DNA from: an uncultured delta proteobacterium
Lineage (GTDB): Bacteria > Desulfobacterota > Binatia > Binatales > Binataceae
Direction: 5' to 3'
NCBI GenBank assembly: GCA_963724765.1
Contig: CAVRVY010000003.1
Location: 1,606,247 to 1,670,246, forward strand
DNA: 64,000 bases
Shown: one piece after another, positions 28,070-39,043 of the stretch
Position numbering within the stretch: the first letter of the stretch is position 1
Layout: every line of letters starts with the position of its first letter
Program-made: the position numbers and the translations under genes
Notes under the pieces: generated by a model
What the model was told of the DNA's origin: nothing
Database searches by the model: none
The model's input: the letters and a program-made list of their open reading frames with translations, nothing else

Positions 28070-31000
28070 CTAGGCGGCGGTGATGCGATCGAGGAGCGCC
28101 CGGACTATTTCGCTATGACGAGGCATTCCCATTTCACCGTAACTGCTTAGCGCTTCACCGAGCATCCCATTGGCTTTTTCATAGTCACCTGCGGCGGCTC
28201 GATTAGTTAGCATCATCGCGTGAAAGCGCCGGATCTCGGCCTGCTCGAGACGATTTGGAAAAGATTTGGCCTGCAGCAGGGATCGCCGAAAATGCTCTTC
28301 GGCGGCGTCATACTGACGCCCTGCCGCGGCGGCAACACCAGCGATGGTGTGCGCAAAGCGGGATAGCGGCCAAAGAGCGACATTTCCCGAATCGGTTAAC
28401 TCGCGCGCCAGCGGATAGAGCTGCGCGGCCTGCGTCGCTTCGCCGAGCACGACCAGTCCTTCGATCACCGACGCTAGCATCAACCACGAACCTCTCGTAT
28501 TCGGTTGGCCTGTAAGAGGAAGCAGCGAGCGCTCTTTATCGAGGACGGCGAACGCGCCGGCGCGATCGCATGCATAGGCCATCTGTCGAAACATTGCGCC
28601 GGTGCCGAATCCCTCGATAGAACTGCCACGTTCATGGCGGCTCGCGGTCACAGCATGCGCCAGAGCGCTTTCCCAGTTTCCCCTGAACAAATCGAGCAGA
28701 CTGAGTTGCACCTCCAGGAGGGTTTTCCAGAAGACGTGCGCAGAGCGGATCAAGTCCGCCGCTTGCCGAAGGGTGCTCTCGAATTTGGCGAAGTCGGGGG
28801 TTCGACCGCATTCTGACCAGGCTCGCGTGAACATGCAGAGTGCAACGGAATAGGATTGGCCAATCTTCCTCGCCAGAGGGTCAAGCTGATCCGCGAATCT
28901 CGCCGCTTCCTCCGGGCGTCCAAGATAGAGCAGTATCTGATGCAGCATCCGCAGGTGAACTGCACGCTGCCATGGAGCGTCTTCCGAGCCATCCAACTGT
29001 TCGCTCCGAAACCCGTCAGCGGCCGCTTCGCGCGAACGGAAGAAGTGGAAATAGACTATGGACCGCGCGCTGAGCACTCTAGCTGTAAGCTTCGGATCGG
29101 CAAGCTGGGACGAGAGATCCAGCGCTTGTTGCAGTGCTTCCTGGGCCGGCTCATAGGATGCGCCGGCCGCGCGGGCCTGCCCGATAGCAGCGAGCAGACG
29201 CACCCGGTCGGCGCTCAGGTCTCCCTCGAGATAGGCGAGTCCGCGACCAGCTATTTGGCTTGCTTCCTCGAAGCGGCCCGCCAGAATGAGCGCATCGGTC
29301 AAATCGGTGAAGCCTTTGCCAACGAGTTCGCGATCTCCGAGACTGATGCTGATTTTGAGCGCTTCGCGCAGATTGGCGAAAAGAGCGTCCCATCGTTCGA
29401 GCCCGCCTTCAGCGATCGCTAGATCCCTCAACAGCGCGGCCCTTTCTCTGACGTCACGCGCGTCTTGATGCGACAAGGCGGACTGGAAAGTGCGGCGCGC
29501 TTCCTCGTATGCCGCAAGCTGGAGTTCGCGCTTGCCTACCACCGTCAGCCAACGGACCAGTTTATGAGGGTCAGCGAACGATTTTGCATGCACGAGATGG
29601 TCGACATTCTCGCCGGCGCGCTCGTCGACGGCGTGGGGATCGAACCGTTCGATTGCGTCGGCGACGCTTGCATGCAGTTGCTGTCGGCGCACAGATGAGA
29701 TGCCGGCAAGGAGCGTCTGACGCACGATTTCATGCGCGAAGGTGAATGGTGTCTCCGGGCCCTCGGAGTTCGAGACTACTATTCCCATCTGCTGCGCCTT
29801 TTCGATCACAGTGAGAAGTTCATCAAGGTCGATGTGGCTGATCGGGCTTAGAAGTTGAAAGCTGAAGCTGCGTCCGATCACCGCGGCGGCCGCCAGCACC
29901 CTCCTTTCGTTCTCGTCGAGGCGCTCCAGACGGCGGCCGACTACCAGACGCACACTTTCCGGCACGTCGATTTCGTCAATTTGGATGCCGCTGCGGAACT
30001 CGCCGGTCGTATCGAAGACCTTCCCCTCCTCCACCAGATGCCGGTAGACCTCTTCGACGAAGAACGGATTTCCTTGGCTTTCCTCAAAGATCGCACTCAC
30101 CAGATTTTCCGGGGCTTCGCGCCGGCTTAGCGCATTCAGCATCTGAGCTACGGCACCCCTTGGCAGGCCGCCGAGTTTCAGCGGCCGGATGCCGAGCCGA
30201 ATCAACTCCTCCAAGGTTCTGGCCAGCGCCGGCTTGTTCCCGGAATAGCCGTCGCGAAAGGTTCCGATGATCACGACGGGGAGCTGGGTGACTCGACTGG
30301 CGAGATAGAACAGTAGAGCCAGCGTGGATTCGTCGGCCCAATGAAGGTCATCAAGGATATTCAATTGAGGCCGCTGTAGGGCGGCGCGAGCGAGTGTTTC
30401 GAAGACGCTCCGAAATAGGTAACGACGCTTGTGCGTCGAGGGCAGTTCCAAGGGTTCCGGAATGGGGAAAACTCGTCGCAGGCTTGGCACAAGCCGGGCC
30501 AGTTCAGCCGCATCGTCGCCAAGCTGCCGGCGGAAATCGTCCAGGTTTGTCGCCTGAGCCAGATTGCTTTCGATGATCTCGACAAAGGGGAGGTAGGGAA
30601 AGGGTTCATCTCTTTCGTAGCAGCGCCCGACGAAGCATTGGAAGCCCTTTTGCGCCGCGTAGTCAGCCATCTCCATCGCCAGACGGGTCTTGCCGAGGCC
30701 CGCTCCGCCCTCCAGCATCACCAGCGAACCGTCGCCGTTAAGTGCACGTTCTATAGCCGCGCGAATGGCCTCACGTTCGGCTTCCCGCCCGACGTAAGCA
30801 GTTCGTTCCGCCAGCGAAAATGGAGGAATTGCCAGCGCCACGGGTGACGCGTCGGCCTCGGAATGATCAACCCGCGACGGGGCCGGCTCAGTGCTGGAAG
30901 CTCGCTCTTCTGAGGACTCGATAGGCGCGGCAAACTCCCATGCAATAGGAAAATCCGGATCGGCGCTGTAGGTGCAGTAGGTCCCGGTTTTGATGCATCG

Positions 31001-31621
31001 CGATAGGATATCTCCCAGTGTCGCATCGTTCCGCGCGACCCTCTCCAGCACTGTCTTGATCGTCTTCGTTACGCTCTGGCGGGCTCGCTCTGAAGCCGAC
31101 GCCGCGCGGCGATTGCGTCCGCTCAGCCCAACGGCGCGCGACAGCTCCCTCGTCAGCGCGTCGATTTCCGCCTCAGCTTGTTCGGCCCGCGCGACGTTTC
31201 CGACCTCCTTTGCTTCCTCCAATTCTTCATGCAGTTCGGAAAGCCGGCGCCGGTATGCGGCTTTGGCTTGATCGTCGAGCATTTCGCCCGCGTCGCCGAG
31301 ACCACCGACATGGATCCCGGCCTTTTCGAGGTCCTCGCCCCCGCGAGGCAAACCTTGTGCAGATTGATTGTTTTCTCTTTTCTCGGCCTGGGCCGGAATT
31401 CTTCCAACCAGGTCGAGCACATGGAAGGACACGTCGGGATGGCGGAGCAGATGGGCTATGTAAGCGAGACCTTTGGCATCCTTGAGGCGGTACGATTTCT
31501 CCCGATATCCGACGGTCCAGTAGTCACCTTCTTTACGGAACACTCCCTTTTGGGAGGTGTGGACGTCCGGCTCGCCGCTTCCGGCCAAGCCCGGCCGAGA
31601 ATTTCGCGCCTCATCCGACAT
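28070..31621 (-). CDS. STAND-class (AAA_16) ATPase with N-terminal putative DNA-binding domain and C-terminal TPR-like region
   Basis: YVGREAE, GGAGLGKT Walker A, ILDDLHWAD Walker B, GNPFFVEE, FAHEIVR. Confidence 0.85.
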   Translation of the reverse strand: MSDEARNSRPGLAGSGEPDVHTSQKGVFRKEGDYWTVGYREKSYRLKDAKGLAYIAHLLRHPDVSFHVLDLVGRIPAQAEKRENNQSAQGLPRGGEDLEKAGIHVGGLGDAGEMLDDQAKAAYRRRLSELHEELEEAKEVGNVARAEQAEAEIDALTRELSRAVGLSGRNRRAASASERARQSVTKTIKTVLERVARNDATLGDILSRCIKTGTYCTYSADPDFPIAWEFAAPIESSEERASSTEPAPSRVDHSEADASPVALAIPPFSLAERTAYVGREAEREAIRAAIERALNGDGSLVMLEGGAGLGKTRLAMEMADYAAQKGFQCFVGRCYERDEPFPYLPFVEIIESNLAQATNLDDFRRQLGDDAAELARLVPSLRRVFPIPEPLELPSTHKRRYLFRSVFETLARAALQRPQLNILDDLHWADESTLALLFYLASRVTQLPVVIIGTFRDGYSGNKPALARTLEELIRLGIRPLKLGGLPRGAVAQMLNALSRREAPENLVSAIFEESQGNPFFVEEVYRHLVEEGKVFDTTGEFRSGIQIDEIDVPESVRLVVGRRLERLDENERRVLAAAAVIGRSFSFQLLSPISHIDLDELLTVIEKAQQMGIVVSNSEGPETPFTFAHEIVRQTLLAGISSVRRQQLHASVADAIERFDPHAVDERAGENVDHLVHAKSFADPHKLVRWLTVVGKRELQLAAYEEARRTFQSALSHQDARDVRERAALLRDLAIAEGGLERWDALFANLREALKISISLGDRELVGKGFTDLTDALILAGRFEEASQIAGRGLAYLEGDLSADRVRLLAAIGQARAAGASYEPAQEALQQALDLSSQLADPKLTARVLSARSIVYFHFFRSREAAADGFRSEQLDGSEDAPWQRAVHLRMLHQILLYLGRPEEAARFADQLDPLARKIGQSYSVALCMFTRAWSECGRTPDFAKFESTLRQAADLIRSAHVFWKTLLEVQLSLLDLFRGNWESALAHAVTASRHERGSSIEGFGTGAMFRQMAYACDRAGAFAVLDKERSLLPLTGQPNTRGSWLMLASVIEGLVVLGEATQAAQLYPLARELTDSGNVALWPLSRFAHTIAGVAAAAGRQYDAAEEHFRRSLLQAKSFPNRLEQAEIRRFHAMMLTNRAAAGDYEKANGMLGEALSSYGEMGMPRHSEIVRALLDRITAA

Positions 31622-31812
31622 TGGGATTCTTCGCGACGTTTGAATCGAATCTGACGGATCGGGTTCATTCCAAAAGTTACCATACACGTGACCCGGCGCA
31701 CAGTTGCCCAGGACGGGAAAATGGTCCGGGTAGTTTTGGCCATGCGACGGGCAGATGGACGCTGTGCGCTCGCTTTTTTGCGCGCCACGCGGCGGCGTCT
31801 ATCGAACGCTGC

Positions 31813-32715
31813 TTAGTTAACCGCCGCTTCGCGAGCACGACGCCGCATTTCGTCCATGACCGACGAGAAGTCCAACCCCTCACCGCGCTCGGCGCATTTC
31901 CGATTCACTGCATACGACGCAGTCGTGGCTGGCATCGGGACGTGCAGCTCATAAGCCTCGTCCAGTATCAGCTTGAAGTCCTTGCCCATCAGTCGGAGCG
32001 GAAACTGCGGCGAGAAGTCCTCGTGTTCCGCACGAAGCAGCTTGCCCTGATGAGCCGGCGCTACGACGGCGGTATGCGCGAGCACTTCGAGCATCCGCGA
32101 ACGGTCGAGCCCCATCCGCTCGCCGAGGGCCGCCGCCTCGGCGATCGCCTGCATATTCACGCCGAGGATGGTGTTCACGACCAACTTCATCGCACTTCCC
32201 GCTCCATGATTGCCCATGTAAAAGTGCGCTCGCGCGAGCGCGCTGAAGATGGGCGTGCAGCGCTCGAAGACTTGCTGCTCTCCGCCTCCGAACAAAACCA
32301 CTGTCCCTTCGTCCGCGGCGGGGGTGCTGCCGGAGATGGTGACGTCGAGGACCTCGACGCTGCGCTCGCGTGCGAGGTCAAACAGCGTTTTCGACGTCTC
32401 CGGCGACACGGTGCTCATTTCTATCACTACGGTTCCGGGTTGCGCCGCCGCCAGCACCCCTCGCGTGCCGGAATAGACTTCGAGGACCGCGGCGTCGTTA
32501 GACAGGCAGGAGATTATAACCTGGGAATTCGTGGCGAGCGTGCGCAGGCTGGCTGACGGCGTCGCTCCCGCCGTTTTCAACCCATCCATACGCGCGGCGG
32601 TACGGTCGAAAACGGTGAGATGGAATCCATGATCAACCAGCCGCCGCGCCATCCGTTGTCCCATCCCACCCAGTCCAATGAACCCAATCGTCGAATCTTC
32701 GATTTTCATAAGCAT
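31813..32715 (-). CDS. NAD(P)-dependent beta-hydroxyacid dehydrogenase family protein
   Basis: GFIGLGGMG, EMSTVSP, ISGS, MKLVVN, F.LRLM.KD. Confidence 0.92.
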   Translation of the reverse strand: MLMKIEDSTIGFIGLGGMGQRMARRLVDHGFHLTVFDRTAARMDGLKTAGATPSASLRTLATNSQVIISCLSNDAAVLEVYSGTRGVLAAAQPGTVVIEMSTVSPETSKTLFDLARERSVEVLDVTISGSTPAADEGTVVLFGGGEQQVFERCTPIFSALARAHFYMGNHGAGSAMKLVVNTILGVNMQAIAEAAALGERMGLDRSRMLEVLAHTAVVAPAHQGKLLRAEHEDFSPQFPLRLMGKDFKLILDEAYELHVPMPATTASYAVNRKCAERGEGLDFSSVMDEMRRRAREAAVN

Positions 32716-32846
32716 TTCTTCGCCGCTACCGCCTCATATTGCGCACTTTGTGCTGCAACCCGACGAACCGAGCGGCGCTCTCCTCGATCTGATTAGCGTG
32801 AAATCGCTCTTCACAAAGGCGGTCCCGCCAATTTCACGCATAGCGT

Positions 32847-33586
32847 GTGGCGCACGTGCGCATCGGATGGCTGCGGTCGGTGGCCAATATCTACCATGCG
32901 TTCGCGGTTCAAACCTTCGCTGACGAACTCGCTCATCTGGCGGGCCGCGATCCTCTTGACTACATGCTCGAGCTGATCGGACCGCCGCGGATCTTGAATC
33001 TGGATGGCGCCAATTATCCAAACTATGGCGCTTCGTACCAGGCCTACCCGATCGATACCGGGCGCCTGTGCCGGGTTTTGGAGTTGGCAGCCGAAAGGTC
33101 GGGATGGGCAAAGCGCAAGCCGGGAAATCGCTGTGGCTGGGGACTGGCCGTGCATCGCAGCTTCCTGACCTACGTCGCCGCGGGGTGGTGCAAGTAGAGG
33201 TCAGTGACAAGGGAGAGATACGGATCCCGCGCGTTGACATGGCGGTGGACGCCGGCCAGGTCGTTGATCGGCAGTTCGTGACCGCGCAATTCCAGGGCGC
33301 CGCAGTCTTCGGAACCAGTGTCGCGCGCAGCGGTGAAATTAACGCGACCGATGGCGTAGTCGATCAGTCCAACTTCTTCGACTACCCGGTAGCGCGGATT
33401 AACGAGGCGCCGCTCCAGACCAATATACATATCGTCGAAAGCGACGCGCCGCCTGGCGGCGTCGGCGAGCCCGGGGTACCTCCCTACGTCCCGGCGCTTT
33501 GCAATGCGATCTACTCGGCGACCGGAAAACGAGTCCGAGAACTGCCCCTGTCGAAGGTCGATCTGCGGCAAGTCCCGGCGCATTGA
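32847..33586 (+). pseudogene. C-terminal fragment of an IorB/xanthine-dehydrogenase-type molybdopterin subunit
   Basis: GWLRSV, DELAHLAGRDP, GLAVHRSF, frameshift in a G run near 33182, PGGVGEPG, NAIYSATGKRVRELP; the 5' portion is missing. Confidence 0.85.
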
Positions 33587-33659
33587 GGACCGGAACGCAT
33601 TGAGCCGGGCGGTGTCAGTCGCGCCAAGCTGACTCCAGAATGACATTACTATGACAGCA

Positions 33660-34841
33660 TTACGATTTGCGCGGATTCGACTTAACGGGCTGAACTGGCT
33701 CGCCGTCGCGTACCGCCTGGCCAACGCTCATCGCAACCAGATCGCCGTCGTGGACATCACCTGACACCACAACGTCAACGCCATTGTCGTGTCCTAGATG
33801 AACCTCTGCCAGATGGAGTCGATTTTCGCGGACGATCGGCAAATAAATCTTATCATCTTTAAACACGAGCGAATCGTCAGGTGCGATGAGACTGCCCGTA
33901 ATTGGCGCGGTTGTCAGGCGCACGTTTCCGTACATCCCTGGCATCAGCTTGAGATCGCGATTCGGCAGATCGATCTCGACCAGCATCGTGCGCGACGCTT
34001 CGTCGAGCGCGTCTGGATGACGGGTCACCGTGCCGTCGAATTCCTGGCCGGGATACTCGTCGACAGACACCGATGCGTGGTCGCCATCGTGAATAAGAGG
34101 CGTGAGCGGCTGTGGAGCATAGGCATAGATTCGCAAGGGCTGCAGCGTCGCCATCGCCACGATCGGCGACGAGGTGGTGTTGGTCGGGTAACCTGGGCTG
34201 GCCGTGGCAGAGACAGGCGTCGTAGCCTGCGGAATCATTGCGCCCGGGTCGAAGTATCGGGCCGTGATGATTCCATCGATCGGCGCGCGCACCACCTCGT
34301 AGGCCTGCATCGCGAGGTTCTGCTGGTAGAACGCCTGCGCCTGGAGCATCGATGCGTGCCAGTTGTCAGCAGTCTGTTGAGGCACGACCTGTTCTTTCAG
34401 CAGGTACTTATAGCGGTCGTAGGTGATCGCCTGAAGTTTGTAATTCGCAAGCGCGTCGGCGACCTCCTTGTCGGTTTCGGGTGATTCGAGAATCGCGATC
34501 ACCTGGCCCTTCTTCACGCGGTCGCCTTTGTCTACATAGATAGTCTTCAAGTAGCCGGGTATCTTCGCGTAAACGGGGGTCTCGACGTAGCCGCGAATCG
34601 TGATCGGAATTTCATACTCGCGCGCGCTCTTGCTCGAATGTATCGGTTCCACGAGCACGCGCGGGCCCCGATCGGCCTGCGCACTAATTTGCTCGGTCTG
34701 GCTCTGCAGTCGCATTTGAAACGCGAGCACTATTCCGGCCGAGGCGGCGCAGACGAGAAATACCGCAATCGCGCTTGCTACGATGAAACGCCAGCGGCTG
34801 CTTTTCTCTTCGTTCGGCGTCTCGGTATTCTCTGCTTCCAT
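33660..34841 (-). CDS. RND efflux periplasmic adaptor
   Basis: VDKGDRVKKGQ, RAPIDGII, SRTMLVE, LMPGMYG. Confidence 0.92.
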   Translation of the reverse strand: MEAENTETPNEEKSSRWRFIVASAIAVFLVCAASAGIVLAFQMRLQSQTEQISAQADRGPRVLVEPIHSSKSAREYEIPITIRGYVETPVYAKIPGYLKTIYVDKGDRVKKGQVIAILESPETDKEVADALANYKLQAITYDRYKYLLKEQVVPQQTADNWHASMLQAQAFYQQNLAMQAYEVVRAPIDGIITARYFDPGAMIPQATTPVSATASPGYPTNTTSSPIVAMATLQPLRIYAYAPQPLTPLIHDGDHASVSVDEYPGQEFDGTVTRHPDALDEASRTMLVEIDLPNRDLKLMPGMYGNVRLTTAPITGSLIAPDDSLVFKDDKIYLPIVRENRLHLAEVHLGHDNGVDVVVSGDVHDGDLVAMSVGQAVRDGEPVQPVKSNPRKS

Positions 34842-34857
34842 TTGGGTTCTCCTCGGC

Positions 34858-37800
34858 CTACGCGCCTGGCGCTGTGATGGCGTTGATCCTGTCGTCGCGC
34901 TGTTGCTTGGTGATGAGGGTGCGGCCGAAGATCGAGTAAACCGCCGGCACCACGAACAGGGTCATCAGCGTCGCCGCCAGCAGGCCGCCGATCACGGCGC
35001 GGCCAAGCGGCGCGTTTTGCGCGGAACCCGCGCCGAGTCCGAGAGCCATCGGCAGCATGCCCAATATCATCGCCAGCGCCGTCATGATGATCGGCCGCAG
35101 GCGAATGCGTCCCGCTTCAATCGCGCTCGCGACAGAGTTGTGTCCTTCCTCGCGCATCTCATTGGCGAAAGTGATGAGCAGATTTCCGTTGGCGACGCCG
35201 ACGCCAACTGCCATGATCGTGCCCATCAGCGATTCGACATTGATCGTCGTGCCTGTCAGGACCAACATCCAGAGCACTCCCGCCAGCGCGCCCGGAATTG
35301 CCATCGTGATGATGAAAGGCTCGAGCCAGGACTGGAAGTTTGCTGCCATCAGCAGGTAAACGAGGATGATCGCGAGCACAATGCCGCCGCCGAGCGTCAT
35401 GAACGAACTGCGCATCGCCTGGCTCTGACCGCGAATATTGATGAGGGTGCCTGCGGGCAGTTTTCCGAGCGAGTCGATCTCGCGCTGCACCGCATCGGTC
35501 GCGCTTCCGAGGTCGCGTCCCGACACCGCGCAGTCCAGATCGATCACGCGCTGCACGGAGTAGTGATCGACGACCGCCGGATCGACGTCGTGCCTGATCG
35601 AGGCGACGTTGGAGAGTAGCTGCGCGGAGCCGACCGGATTGTTCACTGCTCCTGGCGTGAGCGGCGTATTCGCGATCGCATCGACCGAATGCATCAAGTG
35701 ATACGGCGCCTGGACGATCACGCTGTAGTTGACGCCGTTTATTGGATTGAGCCAGAAATTTGGCTGAAGCAGAGTGGCGCCATAAAGCTCGGCGAGCAGA
35801 CTGGACGCGACCTGCCGTTCGGTTACTCCAACCTCGAGGGCCTTGGTCCGATCGACGTCAACCTTGAACGCCGGATAGTCGAGCGGCTCGGCGATTCTGA
35901 GATCGGCCAGGCCTGGAAGACGGCTCAGCTTGTCCTTGAGCTTCGCGGCGAAAGCATAGTCGGAGTTCAGATTGTAGCCGGAGATCTGCACATCAATCGC
36001 GGCCGGGAGACCGAAATTCAGCACCTGGCTGACGATATCGGCGGCCTGAAAGTAGCCTTCCACCTGGGGAAAGTTGAGCGGCAGCATTTGTCGAATCTGA
36101 TTTTCATACATCGTGGTCGGGCGATGCTTTGGCTTGAGCTGGATCAAAACGTCAGCGTCCTGCGCCGCAACGCTGTCGGTTTGGTAGTAAGCAAGGTCGT
36201 ATGAGGTTGGGACGCCAATGTTGTCGCTGATGCTTTCGAGCTCGTTGGGCGGGATTATTTTGCGGATAGAGCGTTCTACGCTCTCCACTATTTGTTCAGT
36301 GCGCTCGATTCGAGTGCCGCTCGGCGCGCGCACGTGCAGGCGCATCATGCCCGCGTCGACGCTCGGGAAGAAGTCTTCGCCCACGATTGACAGCAGCGGA
36401 AGCGAACCGACGATTACCAACGCGACCGCCACCAGGCCAATGGCACGATGCGTGACGAACGCCTCGAGAGCGGATGTGTACGCCGCCCGCAGGCGCTCGA
36501 AACGCGCCTCGAATCCGCGGAGAAAACGACCTATCAAAGTGTTGCGGCCGGGCTCCTCGTGCCGTTCCGGCAGCAGGTAGGAGGCCATCGTGGGCACCAG
36601 GGTCCGCGAAAGAAGATAGGACGTTAGCATCGCGTACACGACCGACAATGCCAGCGGCGTGAATAGAAAGCGCGCCACGCCGCTCAAGAGCACAACCGGA
36701 AAGAAGACGATGCAAATCGACAGGGTGCCGACCAGCGTGGGCGTGGCGATCTGATGCGCGCCGTCGAGAATTGCCACCAGCAGCGGCTTATGCATCACGT
36801 GATTGCGATGGATGTTTTCGACCTCGACGGTCGCATCATCGACCAGCATTCCGATCGCGAGCGCGATCCCGCCCAGCGTCATCGTATTGACCGTCTGGCC
36901 CGAGACCTTGAGACCAATAATCGCGGTCAGAATCGCAAGCGGGATTGAGGTTATGACGATTAGCATGCTGCGCGCCGACCCAACGAACACCATCACCATG
37001 AGGGCGACCAGGACGGCCGCGATTGCGGCCTCACGCACAACTTCGATCAGCGCTTCGCGAACGAACGCCGACTGATCGAAAGTGAGCGCAACTTTTACTC
37101 CCTTGGGAGCTGTAGCCCGGATGAACGGCAGCCTCGCCTTCACCGCATCGACGACCGCCAGCGTCGATGCGGCTGCGTGCCTGATGACCAACAGGTACGT
37201 CGCAGGCTTTCCATCGACTCTGACGACGTTGGTCTGAGGCTGATGGGTGTCGGTGACTGACGCAACGTCACCCAGCAGCACCGGTGCTCCGTTTACGATC
37301 TTGACCGGCAGCGAATTGAAGTCGGCAACCCTAGTCGGGCTCATGTTGATGTCGACGTTGTACTCAAAATGGCCCATACGTGCGGTGCCGGACGGAATGA
37401 TTACGTTCGAGGTGGCGAGCGACGTGCCGAGGTCCTTGGCTGAGACGTTGTTGGCGTACAGCTCAGTCGGATCGATATTCACCATTACCGCCCGGGTCAC
37501 TCCGCCCAGCGGAGCAGGGGACGAGAATCCTGGGATCGTGAAGAGCTGCAACCGCATGAAATTGAATGCGTAATCAAACAGCTGCGATACCGACTTTGTA
37601 TCGCTGGAGACATTGAGTTGCGCGACCGGAACGTCGGCCGCGTTGTAGGAGATAATCTGCGGAGGTTCAGTGCCGCGCGCCATATTGGAAAGAATGGTTT
37701 CGGAGACCGCGTTGATCTGCGCGATCGCGCTCGCGATATCTGCGCCGGGCTGAAAATAAACTTTCAGCAGGCCCACGCCAAGCATCGATTCGGACTCGAT

Positions 37801-38043
37801 GTGCTCGATACCGTTGACTGTCGTCGAATAGGCGCGCTCGCTGATGAAGACCATGCGGCGCTCCATGTCGAGGGCGGCCATCCCCGGATAGTTCCAGACC
37901 ACCATCACCACCGGCACGTTGATGGCCGGGAAGATGTCGATGTTCATCAGGAAGAATGACAGCGTGCCCAGGACCAGCATCAGCAGCGCCATCACGGCAA
38001 CTGAAATCGGACGGCGCAGTGCGAGGCGTACGAGCCACATCAT
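34858..38043 (-). CDS. RND efflux permease (AcrB/D/F family)
   Basis: 1061 aa; IGMLVDDATVEVENI, RLRPIIMTALA, PLGRAVIGGL. Confidence 0.95.
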   Translation of the reverse strand: MMWLVRLALRRPISVAVMALLMLVLGTLSFFLMNIDIFPAINVPVVMVVWNYPGMAALDMERRMVFISERAYSTTVNGIEHIESESMLGVGLLKVYFQPGADIASAIAQINAVSETILSNMARGTEPPQIISYNAADVPVAQLNVSSDTKSVSQLFDYAFNFMRLQLFTIPGFSSPAPLGGVTRAVMVNIDPTELYANNVSAKDLGTSLATSNVIIPSGTARMGHFEYNVDINMSPTRVADFNSLPVKIVNGAPVLLGDVASVTDTHQPQTNVVRVDGKPATYLLVIRHAAASTLAVVDAVKARLPFIRATAPKGVKVALTFDQSAFVREALIEVVREAAIAAVLVALMVMVFVGSARSMLIVITSIPLAILTAIIGLKVSGQTVNTMTLGGIALAIGMLVDDATVEVENIHRNHVMHKPLLVAILDGAHQIATPTLVGTLSICIVFFPVVLLSGVARFLFTPLALSVVYAMLTSYLLSRTLVPTMASYLLPERHEEPGRNTLIGRFLRGFEARFERLRAAYTSALEAFVTHRAIGLVAVALVIVGSLPLLSIVGEDFFPSVDAGMMRLHVRAPSGTRIERTEQIVESVERSIRKIIPPNELESISDNIGVPTSYDLAYYQTDSVAAQDADVLIQLKPKHRPTTMYENQIRQMLPLNFPQVEGYFQAADIVSQVLNFGLPAAIDVQISGYNLNSDYAFAAKLKDKLSRLPGLADLRIAEPLDYPAFKVDVDRTKALEVGVTERQVASSLLAELYGATLLQPNFWLNPINGVNYSVIVQAPYHLMHSVDAIANTPLTPGAVNNPVGSAQLLSNVASIRHDVDPAVVDHYSVQRVIDLDCAVSGRDLGSATDAVQREIDSLGKLPAGTLINIRGQSQAMRSSFMTLGGGIVLAIILVYLLMAANFQSWLEPFIITMAIPGALAGVLWMLVLTGTTINVESLMGTIMAVGVGVANGNLLITFANEMREEGHNSVASAIEAGRIRLRPIIMTALAMILGMLPMALGLGAGSAQNAPLGRAVIGGLLAATLMTLFVVPAVYSIFGRTLITKQQRDDRINAITAPGA

Positions 38044-38296
38044 GATCGAAATACCTTTCTACAGATCAAGCGTGAATAGTGACCTCACAATTTTCGTGCG
38101 ATGGCTTATCACACCGATTAATTTTCCTCGGAATGCTTGGAATTATCTCAGCCGCGAAAGCTCGAGATAGAGTCGCGGCCGTTGCGGCGAAGGACCAAGC
38201 AGAACTAAGGAATGGGATGGGTGAGGAGAAACTTCATCCAGTCAGTCACAAAGCATCCTGGAAGCTCAATGTCGATCCTGCCGAGCACCCGGCTCA

Positions 38297-38527
38297 TTAA
38301 AACCAGAATGCTGGGGGTGCTGGCTTCTCTGTCGCCGGTCCATCTGCGCTGCTTGGCGGAAAGATGGGCGCGTAATGACTCCAGCGGTATAGTCCCACGA
38401 ACATTATCGCGTACAACGCAACAATCACGGCAAATGCTGCCGTCAATGTCACAGCGGTCATCCCACGTTCCTCAAGGTCATGGACGTTCTTATAGCGACG
38501 GACATTGGACATCGTTTTGGCCTGCAA
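38297..38527 (-). CDS. Small single-TM hypothetical protein
   Basis: Hydrophobic AVTLTAAFAVIVALYAIMFVGLY; weak GG-N10-GC motif at 38524-38537. Confidence 0.45.
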   Translation of the reverse strand: MQAKTMSNVRRYKNVHDLEERGMTAVTLTAAFAVIVALYAIMFVGLYRWSHYAPIFPPSSADGPATEKPAPPAFWF

Positions 38528-39043
38528 GAGATAACCCTTGCCGCCATGTATCGATTTTCATTGTGACAACCCTCACACCCAATGGCGTGAAAGAGGTCGT
38601 CACGGTCCGTGCATCGATTTTTCACTGCGAAATAATCGCGAAAAACGGTTCGCGCCGCTATTTGCCTGAGCCGACGGGAAGTTGCCGCGAATTAGAAACC
38701 TTCCGAGATATATTATGGCTGTGGGGCAAGCTCCGATGGGGGGGTCGCCCCCAGAGGCGTTCCGGAGAACGCTCCCACGACATTACCCGCGCGCTCCCGA
38801 TTGCAAGGGAATCGGGTCGTTACGATACCATATCTGAGCGCTCGAACAGGGGGGCAGGGCGGGCGGGCACTCCCGCGCACCCGGAGCCGTTTGCTGATCA
38901 GCTCTAGCGGCCACGCCCCGCAACTACACAACCTTTCCCCTACGCCGTAGCTGCCATGCATCACGCTCTGGCCAATCCCCCTACACCTGATCAGCTCTAT
39001 CGCTTGGCTGACCTCGAACTCTATAAATAGTTCCCCGCTCCCC

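Noticed and set aside
31621-32556. 311-aa plus-strand ORF
   Set aside because: Antisense shadow of the dehydrogenase gene
38212-38907. 231-aa plus-strand ORF
   Set aside because: Arg/Ser-rich, no motifs, overlaps a more plausible small minus-strand gene
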